Made by a program: the position numbers and the translations under genes | Assembly: GCA_017440805.1 (NCBI GenBank) | Contig: JAFSGN010000021.1 | Location: 510 to 64,509, forward strand | Reading direction: 5' to 3' | From: Clostridia bacterium | Lineage (GTDB): Bacteria; Bacillota; Clostridia; Oscillospirales; SIG627 | Length of the DNA: 64,000 nt | Shown: positions 9,277-17,116 of the stretch, piece after piece | Position numbering within the stretch: the stretch's first letter is position 1 | Layout: each line of letters begins with the position of its first letter | Notes under the pieces: model-generated | What the model was told of the DNA's origin: nothing | Seen by the model: only the letters and a program-made list of their open reading frames with translations | Databases searched by the model: none

Positions 9277-10722
9277 TTACTCTCCTTTGTATGTGAAGTT
9301 GGTTTTTACATAAGAATCAAACTGCCGGTTATTCAAATCATAAAGAGCATCAAAGGATACGCCGGTTTCAAGATTTGAGTGCAGTATACCGTATGACGCC
9401 GCGGCAATTTCGGGATAGGATGTGCCTAATGTAAAAGATAGGTCATAATAAGGATTTTTGAAAATTTTATCTAACATTATGGCAGACGAATTGTCTGTCA
9501 GAAAGTTTGTGACATAATAATCCTTGCAGTAATCGGCATTATTGAATGAAGAGGTTTCGGCAAGACGCTGAAGCACAATGCCCGTAAAATCAGAATCGGG
9601 AATATTGTTTAAAACGCACACCGACTCGGAAGAAGCCACATAGGTACTGTATGGGGCATTCTCATCATATTTTGGGAGGGGCAATATTCCAAAGTTTATG
9701 CCTGCATCGGAAAAGGATTGTGCACTGTCAAGGGTGGCAATGCAAAAAAGTGCATTCCCCTGAACAAACAAATCGTCGCCTGACATTTCTCCATCATTGC
9801 TTACATATAAATTTCCTTCTTTATTATACAATAAACCGCGAATTTTGTCAATAACAATTTGTGTCTTTTCAGTGTTAAAATTCATTTTGGGGATATTCGG
9901 CGGAAGATTGTCGAAAAATTTCTGCCCGCAGGATGCCCACATTGTATCAATAGTGTCATACAGGGAAAGGGATGTGGAAAGACCGTAAAAGTTGCCTTTA
10001 TCGGAAGCGGCGGCGTTTATGCCGGGGATTGTTGATTTGACAAAGGAAATAAAGTTGTCCCAGGTCCACTGACCGTTTTTTTCGATACTGTATAAATTTT
10101 CCCGGATGTTCTCGTTTGCAATATCCTTGTTGAAAAATACACAAACCGATTTATCGGGCATATATGTCAAATCTCCGTATACCCCATGTACAAAGTTTCC
10201 TATGGTAGCAGAATTTACGGCTTGGGTGTCGTAACATTCTGCTGTCAGGTCAACAAAAGGAAGACTTTTTACACTCATGATTTTTTTCTGGGAGACAAAA
10301 ATGGGAAGCAGGGAATGGGGCACCACAAGCAAATCTCCGCAAAAAAGTCCCGAATTGTATCTTTTGTCAAGTTCAACCAGGAAATTATCGGATGTAAGTC
10401 CTTCAAGGGCGGTTATTTTTATATTGAGCTCTTTTTGAATGTTATCATTCCGCTCAAGAATTTTATTCGAAACAGGGGATGAATCCTTTTCCGGCAGGAA
10501 CAAATCTCTGTTAAACATGGCAATGGTAAAATCCCTGCCTCCGAAGTTGTAAACAGGAGAGGAGTCTGCCCCATTATCACTTTCATCCCCGTATATAAAT
10601 TCGGGCGGGACTATATTGGAATCATCAACGGATGACGGGGGCATACTCAATAAACTGCAGGATGTTAAAAACAAAACCGAAATAACACAGGCCATAACGG
10701 AATATACACAAAATTTTGTCAT
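9277..10722 (-). CDS. Lipoprotein resembling an extracellular solute-binding protein (family 1 SBP-like)
   Basis: 481 aa with a lipobox (LFLTSC). GQWTWDNFISFVK and the overall pattern are typical of ABC sugar-type SBPs. No permease or ATPase genes are nearby. Confidence 0.6.
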   Translation of the reverse strand: MTKFCVYSVMACVISVLFLTSCSLLSMPPSSVDDSNIVPPEFIYGDESDNGADSSPVYNFGGRDFTIAMFNRDLFLPEKDSSPVSNKILERNDNIQKELNIKITALEGLTSDNFLVELDKRYNSGLFCGDLLVVPHSLLPIFVSQKKIMSVKSLPFVDLTAECYDTQAVNSATIGNFVHGVYGDLTYMPDKSVCVFFNKDIANENIRENLYSIEKNGQWTWDNFISFVKSTIPGINAAASDKGNFYGLSTSLSLYDTIDTMWASCGQKFFDNLPPNIPKMNFNTEKTQIVIDKIRGLLYNKEGNLYVSNDGEMSGDDLFVQGNALFCIATLDSAQSFSDAGINFGILPLPKYDENAPYSTYVASSESVCVLNNIPDSDFTGIVLQRLAETSSFNNADYCKDYYVTNFLTDNSSAIMLDKIFKNPYYDLSFTLGTSYPEIAAASYGILHSNLETGVSFDALYDLNNRQFDSYVKTNFTYKGE

Positions 10723-10753
10723 ATTTTATCTCCGAAAATAAATGTACAGGTAC

Positions 10754-10781
10754 AGTATAACATAAAACTGTGAATAATCAA
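10754..10781 (-). promoter_or_regulatory. Candidate sigma-A promoter of the lipoprotein / 178-aa / SpoIID-domain operon, overlapped by a DnaA box
   Basis: Minus strand reads TTGATT-16 nt-TATACT, about 30 nt upstream of the SD GGAGA. The box TTATTCACA (10769-10777) covers the -35/spacer junction. Confidence 0.45.
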
Positions 10782-11172
10782 GATTTTATATATTAAAGTT
10801 TTGGTATTTTGCAATCCGAAGAATCGGCTGAACGAGGTTGTACCAAAAGGACAAAAAACGCAAAAAAAATAAAAGCAGATAATAAGCCGATTTTATGGAT
10901 TTAATGTGAACAATTACGAAAAGTAACAAAATATTTTTTCCAAAATTAAAGTAAAACGCAAAAAAATAATCCGCATAATCCACAGAGTGAATGTGGAAAA
11001 CTTTTTGCATTTTGAGCCAAAAAACAGAGTTATACACACAATCCGCAGAGATATCCACAGGTTCACAAGGAATTTTCGGATTAAAACTGTGGTAAAATAC
11101 TGTTGATTGAATTTCAGATGACAAAATAGAACATTATTCGCACAGTTATACCACAGCACAAAAATATGCACA
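10769..11172. promoter_or_regulatory. DnaA-box cluster (at least 5 boxes within one mismatch of TTATCCACA, plus weaker copies)
   Basis: TTATTCACA (10769-10777, minus), TAATCCACA (10976-10984, plus), TTTTCCACA (10992-11000, minus), TTATACACA (11030-11038, plus), ATATCCACA (11051-11059, plus). Weaker copies: TTGTTCACA (10905-10913, minus), TTTACCACA (11088-11096, minus), ATATGCACA (11164-11172, plus). Confidence 0.6.
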
Positions 11173-11237
11173 AACTATTAACAAATATGCCGCAAAACAG
11201 TATTGAAGTATGGCTTATAATTGTATTCAAAATAAAC

Positions 11238-11269
11238 AAAGGAGAACCTTAAATTTAAAGTTCTCCTTT
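11238..11269 (-). terminator. Terminator downstream of the acyl-CoA ligase gene
   Basis: AAAGGAGAAC-cttaaatttaaa-GTTCTCCTTT. Confidence 0.7.
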
Positions 11270-11282
11270 GCAGACTGACAGG

Positions 11283-12983
11283 TTATTTTCCTACAGAATC
11301 GCGTTTTATTTTCTTGGAAGTGGTCTTTTCAAACTCGGTTTGCCGTACAGTAACCGTTTTGATATGCTTGTAAGGGGGGAGAGGTTGACAAGCAAGTTTT
11401 ACCTCTGCTTTTACAGCGGAAAGAATATCTTCAATGTTGTCTTGCTTAACTTTGTCCATATTGGGGAAGACTTCGGCACAAAGAGCAACTTCTTCGCCGT
11501 CCTGATTTTTTTCGGAAAATACAACGACTTCACTTACAAGAGGACTGTTCATTATATATTCTTCAATTTCTTCGGGATAGATATTTTTGCCGTTTGTAAG
11601 AACAATGATATTCTTTTTTCTGCCGGTAATATAAATTCTTCCTTCACTGTCAATCTTACCGTAGTCGCCGGTATAGAACCAGCCGTCGCGAAGGACTTTT
11701 TCGTTTTCTTCCGGCTTTTTATAATATCCCATCATAACTGTTGGACTCTTGACGCATATTTCACCTATACCGTCTACGGGATTGTCAATTCTTACCTCTG
11801 CACAGGGGAGAGGATAACCAACCGATTCCAGCACATTGTCATCAAGACGGTTAACCGAAACAAGAGGGGAACATTCGGTTATGCCGTATCCGTTTATAAG
11901 CGGTATGCCTATGGAATTAAACAATGCACCGATTTCAGGACGGATGGGGGCACCTCCCGCAACGATTTGTTTGAGTTCACCGCCAAAGGCAGAAAGAACG
12001 CTTTTGAAAAGTATTCTTCTCAAATCTATTCCCATTTTGAGAAGAGTGTTTGAAAACTTTATGAGAACTTTGAGCATCTTGTCTTTACCGCTTTTTTCTG
12101 CAGATGCCCATATTCTGTTGTAGAAACTGTCCGCAAAGGCGGGAACAAGGAAGATGTATTCGGGCTTGAACTCCTGAAGATTTTTCAGGGTGTTTCTCAG
12201 TGAGTCGTTTATACATATTGTAGAGTGATGATGGAGAGATACCAATATCCCGATTACCGCTTCGTAGGTATGATGATAGGGAAGCACCGAAAGACAGGTT
12301 TCGTAAATTGTTTCAACACGGAGACCGTGATAAATAACGGAAACGAGATTTTTCTCGGAAAGCATTACACCTTTTGCAAGGCCGGTTGTACCGGATGTGT
12401 AAACCAAGAGACGCATCTGTTCAATATCGTTGACATTATCCAGATATTCGGTATAACCGCTGTCCAGAAGCGCTTGGCCTCGTTCCGATAGTTTTTCGTA
12501 TGAAAGAAAATTGTCATTTTCCTCTGCTTGGTCAAGTCTTACAAAGTACTTGATGCCGGGAAGTTTATCCAAGTTTTCTGTTATGTCCTTTTCAAATTTT
12601 TTGGAGAAGAACATAATTTCACTGTCACTGTCGTTGACAATACGCACAACACTGTCAAAAGGAAGTTCTTTATCAATCGGAACAAAAACTCCCGGAGAAT
12701 TGAGAACCGCCAGGTATACTGTAATCCATTTGTATGAGTTGTCACCCACCAAAGCAATATGCTTATCACCAAATCCCATTTTTCTGAGTTCCGAACCAAT
12801 AGCACGGGTACGGCGTATAAAATCGCTGTAAGTAACAGATTCAATATTATCACCGTCTACACGGTATTTAAATGCAATTTTTTCGGGAACTTCTTTTTGG
12901 GCAATTTCCAGCATTTCTTTTATTGAACCGAATTTTGTGGGATTAAGATACTGAAACTCTTTTTTCTTCATAATATCCTCCAT
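11283..12983 (-). CDS. AMP-dependent synthetase/ligase (long-chain fatty acid-CoA ligase type)
   Basis: 566 aa with the AMP-binding motif LVYTSGTTGLAKGVMLS, plus YGITE and TGDYG...GRKKNII motifs. Confidence 0.88.
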   Translation of the reverse strand: MEDIMKKKEFQYLNPTKFGSIKEMLEIAQKEVPEKIAFKYRVDGDNIESVTYSDFIRRTRAIGSELRKMGFGDKHIALVGDNSYKWITVYLAVLNSPGVFVPIDKELPFDSVVRIVNDSDSEIMFFSKKFEKDITENLDKLPGIKYFVRLDQAEENDNFLSYEKLSERGQALLDSGYTEYLDNVNDIEQMRLLVYTSGTTGLAKGVMLSEKNLVSVIYHGLRVETIYETCLSVLPYHHTYEAVIGILVSLHHHSTICINDSLRNTLKNLQEFKPEYIFLVPAFADSFYNRIWASAEKSGKDKMLKVLIKFSNTLLKMGIDLRRILFKSVLSAFGGELKQIVAGGAPIRPEIGALFNSIGIPLINGYGITECSPLVSVNRLDDNVLESVGYPLPCAEVRIDNPVDGIGEICVKSPTVMMGYYKKPEENEKVLRDGWFYTGDYGKIDSEGRIYITGRKKNIIVLTNGKNIYPEEIEEYIMNSPLVSEVVVFSEKNQDGEEVALCAEVFPNMDKVKQDNIEDILSAVKAEVKLACQPLPPYKHIKTVTVRQTEFEKTTSKKIKRDSVGK

Positions 12984-13152
12984 AGTAAAAAAAACTATTG
13001 CATTTAGTTTTATAAACCATTATATCAGATAACAGTTATTATGTCAATAACAAAACAATAAAATTAACAAAATATGTAAAAACAGGTTGACTTGTTAGGG
13101 AAAAGATGATATACTTTATTTATAACTATATTAATCTGCAGGATGTGAGTTC

Positions 13153-13686
13153 ATGAACGACATAGATGTAAATATAAGAGAAATACTTGATTTTCATTTA
13201 CCCAGGTGGGATGAATTGCCCGAAATGGAATTGTATATGGACCAGGTGGTTTACACCCTGGAAAAGACACTTTCAGTTTTTGCGGAAGATGAAAATCAGA
13301 AAATAATAACTTCAACCATGATAAACAACTATGTAAAGCAAAAGGTTGTAAAACCCCCGGTAAAAAAAAGGTACGGCAGACTGCAACTTTCCTATCTTTT
13401 TGTTGTGTGTCTGCTCAAACGCATAATGAACATATCGGATATATGTGAGAGTATAGAAATGATGCTCAAAAAGTATACTGTTCAGCAGATATATGACAGG
13501 TTTTGCGACGAATTTGAAAATGCACTTAACATTACATTCATGGGGAAAACATTTTCCAACGGTATGTCAGATAAAGAATGCGATGCAGAACTTATAGCGT
13601 TACGCTCTGCAATGTTTGCATTGTCAAACCTTATTTTAGTACAGAGAATTGTTAAGAAAACAAAACAAAATTTGATTTCTGAATAA
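13153..13686 (+). CDS. DUF1836 domain protein (YkrK-like putative DNA-binding regulator)
   Basis: 177 aa. LPRWDELPEMELYMDQVV...TSTMINNYVKQKVVKPPVKKRY matches the DUF1836 signature. Confidence 0.7.
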   Translation: MNDIDVNIREILDFHLPRWDELPEMELYMDQVVYTLEKTLSVFAEDENQKIITSTMINNYVKQKVVKPPVKKRYGRLQLSYLFVVCLLKRIMNISDICESIEMMLKKYTVQQIYDRFCDEFENALNITFMGKTFSNGMSDKECDAELIALRSAMFALSNLILVQRIVKKTKQNLISE

Positions 13687-13734
13687 AAAAATTACCCATA
13701 AATGAAATAATATTATAAAAATGTAAAAAAAGTC

Positions 13735-13763
13735 TTGAAATTTTTTTTGTAAGGTGATATAAT
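13735..13763 (+). promoter_or_regulatory. Candidate sigma-A promoter with extended -10
   Basis: TTGAAA-17 nt-TATAAT with TG at -15/-14. Confidence 0.45.
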
Positions 13764-13773
13764 AACAAGGGCA

Positions 13774-13832
13774 CAAAACACCCCGCATGGCACACTCTGA
13801 GTTACAGTGAGCTGAGGGTGTTTTGCTTTTTT
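13774..13832 (+). terminator. Terminator/attenuator hairpin 20 nt upstream of the DUF1846 start
   Basis: 10-bp stem CACAAAACACCC/GGGTGTTTTG with a 32-nt loop, followed by C and T6. The SD GGAAAGGA follows directly. Confidence 0.5.
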
Positions 13833-13852
13833 GTATGCGGAAAGGAATTCTT

Positions 13853-15337
13853 ATGGGAAAAATCGGATTTGATAACGACAAATATCTTAAACTTCAGACA
13901 AAGAAAATACGGGAGCGAATAGATGCTTTCGGCGGAAAACTGTATCTGGAATTCGGCGGAAAACTTTTTGACGATTATCACGCTTCCAGAGTTCTTCCCG
14001 GCTTCAAACCGGACAGCAAAGTCAGAATGCTTTTGGAAATGAAAGATGATGCGGAACTGGTTGTTGTTATCAGTGCACATGATATAGAAAAAAACAAGCG
14101 CAGAGGAGACCTTGGGATTACATACGATTCCGATGTCTTACGGCTTATTGACGCTTTCCGCGAGATAGGTTTGTATGTGGGCAGTGTGGTTATAACCCAT
14201 TACCACAATCAGTCTGCCGCGGTAGCATTCCAGAAACGCCTTGAATCACTGGGTGTCAAATCATACAGACATTATCCCATCCCCGATTATCCCGCAAACA
14301 CCGAACTTATAGTAAGCGACAACGGATACGGAAAAAATGAGTATATAGAAACCTCCCGAAAACTTGTTGTCGTAACTGCTCCCGGCCCCGGAAGCGGAAA
14401 AATGGCAACCTGCCTTTCCCAACTTTATCATGAATATAAGCGCGGAATAAGTGCAGGATATGCAAAGTTTGAAACATTTCCTGTATGGAATCTGCCGTTA
14501 AAACATCCCGTAAATCTTGCATACGAGGCTGCAACAGCAGACCTGAATGATATGAATATGATAGACCCTTATCATCTGGATGCATACGGTGTAAAAAGTG
14601 TTAATTATAACCGCGATGTTGAAATATTCCCCGTGCTTAACACAATGCTTGAAAAGATACTTGGTAAATCTCCGTATAAAAGTCCTACCGATATGGGTGT
14701 AAATATGGCAGGAGACTGTATATTTGACGACGAAGTTGTGTGTGAGGCATCAAAGCAGGAAGTTCTTCGCAGATATTATAATACTTTGTGTACCAACCGT
14801 CAGGGAATGGGCGATGAAAGCGAAGTATATAAAATAGAACTTATTATGAATCAACTTGGTATTTCAACCAAGGACCGGAGGGCTGCCGAAGCGGCAATTA
14901 CCGTTGCGGAATCAAGCGGTATGCCTGCGGTTGCACTGCAGTTTGAGGACGGAACAATTGTTACGGGAAAAACATCTCCTCTTTTAGGTGCGTCAGCAGC
15001 ATTATTGCTGAATGCACTCAAATATCTTGCGGGAATAGACCACGAAAAAGACCTTATTGCAAGGGAAATTATAGAGCCGATACAAATACTCAAAACAGAA
15101 CACATGGGTAATCATAATCCCCGCCTTCACACAGATGAGGTGCTTATAGCACTTTCTATATGTGCCGTAACAGATACCGATGCGGCAAAGGCACTTGCAC
15201 AACTTTCTGCATTGCGCGGATGTGAGGCACATGCCTCAGTAATACTTTCCCGCGTTGATGAAAATGTTTTCCAGAAGTTGGGTATAAATATTACCTACGA
15301 ACCTAAATATCAGACTAAGAAACTGTACCATGCCTGA
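13853..15337 (+). CDS. UPF0371/DUF1846 family protein
   Basis: N-terminus MGKIGFDNDKYLKLQ... and a length of 494 aa are typical of UPF0371. The start was chosen at the ATG behind the SD, not the upstream ATG of the ORF track. Confidence 0.85.
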   Translation: MGKIGFDNDKYLKLQTKKIRERIDAFGGKLYLEFGGKLFDDYHASRVLPGFKPDSKVRMLLEMKDDAELVVVISAHDIEKNKRRGDLGITYDSDVLRLIDAFREIGLYVGSVVITHYHNQSAAVAFQKRLESLGVKSYRHYPIPDYPANTELIVSDNGYGKNEYIETSRKLVVVTAPGPGSGKMATCLSQLYHEYKRGISAGYAKFETFPVWNLPLKHPVNLAYEAATADLNDMNMIDPYHLDAYGVKSVNYNRDVEIFPVLNTMLEKILGKSPYKSPTDMGVNMAGDCIFDDEVVCEASKQEVLRRYYNTLCTNRQGMGDESEVYKIELIMNQLGISTKDRRAAEAAITVAESSGMPAVALQFEDGTIVTGKTSPLLGASAALLLNALKYLAGIDHEKDLIAREIIEPIQILKTEHMGNHNPRLHTDEVLIALSICAVTDTDAAKALAQLSALRGCEAHASVILSRVDENVFQKLGINITYEPKYQTKKLYHA

Positions 15338-15854
15338 TATTATCACATATATACCTGAAAAAAAGCCGCGCAGGGCATTGGTTTATCAGTTGATTCTGTT
15401 TTTTATGATAACTGTATCTACCGCACTGAGTGCATCGTTTCCTCAGTACAAGTGGACAACACAGGCTGTATTTGTAATATGCAGTGTTTTGTTTATAAAA
15501 AATGTTGTAAGATATTTTATGTACAGTTACAAATATGTTCTTACGGAAAAATCATTTGTTGTTGTCCAGCAATGCGGAAAAAAGGAACAAAGCGTCTGTA
15601 ATCTTGCCCTTGCAAACACAAAGGCAGTTTTAACATCTTATCAGTTCAGAAAGAGAAAAAAAGAAATCGGACATATTAAGACCACATATAATTATACGCA
15701 GAACTTTATGTCCGAAAATAAGGTGTATTATATTTTTGAATTTAATAACTCGTATTCCTGTGTAGTGTTTGAGGCAGAGGACAGTTTTATTCAGCAATTT
15801 ATAAAACTCTCAAGTCTTTGTGCCGATACTGATATTTCGTCTTTTGATGAATAA
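15330..15854 (+). CDS. Membrane protein of unknown function (two predicted N-terminal TM helices)
   Basis: 174 aa. The start overlaps the DUF1846 stop by 8 nt, suggesting translational coupling. The 3' end overlaps the convergent gene by 64 nt. Confidence 0.5.
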   Translation: MPDIITYIPEKKPRRALVYQLILFFMITVSTALSASFPQYKWTTQAVFVICSVLFIKNVVRYFMYSYKYVLTEKSFVVVQQCGKKEQSVCNLALANTKAVLTSYQFRKRKKEIGHIKTTYNYTQNFMSENKVYYIFEFNNSYSCVVFEAEDSFIQQFIKLSSLCADTDISSFDE

Positions 15855-16579
15855 TTGTCGTTGTACACTTCTATTATATAGTTTCCGTTGTACCCGTAAG
15901 ATTTTAATTTTTCAATAATTCCTGAAATGTCGCAATTGCCGCATAACGGCAGGCGGCATTCTTTTTTTTCAAGGTCATAATCATTTATGTGAACATTTTG
16001 GATACAGTCCCCCATGGCATCTATCATTTCCAACGGGTTTTGTCCGGCACGGATACACTGTTTAATGTCAAATGTGAAAGAAACATCATTGTTCAGTGAT
16101 TTTTTGAATTTTCTGATAAAGTCCACACTGTTTGATACGGTACGGCATACATTTTCGTGGGTTAAGGTAATTCCAAACTCATTTGCAGCCCGGGCAATGC
16201 GTCGGTATGACTCGGCGTATTCCTCCACATTGTTGCACACCAGTCCGTGAGCACCGTGCAAAACAAAATATTCAGCACCCAGATATTGTGCTGCATAAAA
16301 CATTTTTTTGTATATTTCAATACCGTCATCGGTACGGCGGTCATAAGAAGAAAAAAACAGGTATCCTTCCATTGCCGATAAAAAAGGATGTATTGAAGTG
16401 ACGGAAAGGTTTCCGGCTCTCAATATTCCCCTGAGTTTTTCCAAAAACGGCTTTTCAAGTTCGGAAAAACAATTTAAAAATATTTCGCAGACCGACACTC
16501 CCAATGTGGAAACTTCTTCAAGTGCTTTTTCGGTATACATGGGGTAAAAACAAGCGGTTGAAACACCGATTTTTGACAT
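15791..16579 (-). CDS. Sugar phosphate isomerase/epimerase (xylose isomerase-like TIM barrel)
   Basis: 262 aa. The VLHG...THEN...HINDYD pattern is typical of the AP_endonuc_2 / TIM barrel family. Confidence 0.78.
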   Translation of the reverse strand: MSKIGVSTACFYPMYTEKALEEVSTLGVSVCEIFLNCFSELEKPFLEKLRGILRAGNLSVTSIHPFLSAMEGYLFFSSYDRRTDDGIEIYKKMFYAAQYLGAEYFVLHGAHGLVCNNVEEYAESYRRIARAANEFGITLTHENVCRTVSNSVDFIRKFKKSLNNDVSFTFDIKQCIRAGQNPLEMIDAMGDCIQNVHINDYDLEKKECRLPLCGNCDISGIIEKLKSYGYNGNYIIEVYNDNYSSKDEISVSAQRLESFINC

Positions 16580-16725
16580 AAATTTCTCCTTGGTTTCACA
16601 TCTTAAACATTAATCTCGGTTATATTATAACGCAATCTGCAACAAAAATCAATGATTTGTAGCAAATCTTTTTACGACAGCATATCATATTAACAAAAAC
16701 AATAATATGTTGGGAGATAAAGGCT

Positions 16726-16872
16726 ATGTGTAATATTTCTAAAGCGGTGGGTATATCTGTATGTACATTCGGAATGGGAGTTATGGTAGCGTTTTTTCTT
16801 CCCGAGACGGTACTTGTTGTTCTTGAAGCGGTAGTAATCATTACCTCCGGAGTGATTTTTCTGAAGGCGTAA
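16726..16872 (+). CDS. Small hydrophobic protein (48 aa), not in the ORF track
   Basis: MCNISKAVGISVCTFGMGVMVAFFLPETVLVVLEAVVIITSGVIFLKA has two predicted TM segments. SD GGGAG lies 9 nt upstream. Confidence 0.4.
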   Translation: MCNISKAVGISVCTFGMGVMVAFFLPETVLVVLEAVVIITSGVIFLKA

Positions 16873-16899
16873 TTTCTTTACTTGAAAGGAATGTGTTGT

Positions 16900-16974
16900 A
16901 TGCGAATAATGGTTTTTAAACCACCCAGATTTTTTGGAAAAATTCTGGAAAAACTTTTATGCAGAAAAAAATAG
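16900..16974 (+). CDS. spoVM: SpoVM-like sporulation peptide (24 aa), not in the ORF track
   Basis: MRIMVFKPPRFFGKILEKLLCRKK aligns without gaps to B. subtilis SpoVM MKFYTIKLPKFLGGIVRAMLGSFRKD (M+xxxxKxP+FxGxI, basic tail). SD AAAGGA lies 9 nt upstream. The ORF is directly upstream of spoIVA. Confidence 0.6.
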   Translation: MRIMVFKPPRFFGKILEKLLCRKK

Positions 16975-16976
16975 AT

Positions 16977-17002
16977 AATCGGCACGGATATCCGTGCCGA
17001 TT
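16977..17002 (+). terminator. Hairpin after the spoVM-like ORF
   Basis: AATCGGCACGGA-TA-TCCGTGCCGATT palindrome with a weak T tract, so possibly a partial terminator or processing/stability element. Confidence 0.4.
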
Positions 17003-17116
17003 ATATTGTCATCCGGACTTTTACATTCAAAAAAATAAACTGAAATATATTTTTTGCATATTTTGCTTGTTTTGCAAATAAACTGTAGCAAGAGTAAAAA
17101 AAGGGGGATATTTACA

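Noticed and set aside
10786-11171. Two overlapping minus-strand ORFs (112 and 85 aa) inside the AT-rich spacer.
   Set aside because: Their translations are low-complexity (F/I/K/N/L-rich), they overlap each other in different frames, and they have no SD. The region is better explained as non-coding regulatory DNA (the DnaA-box cluster).
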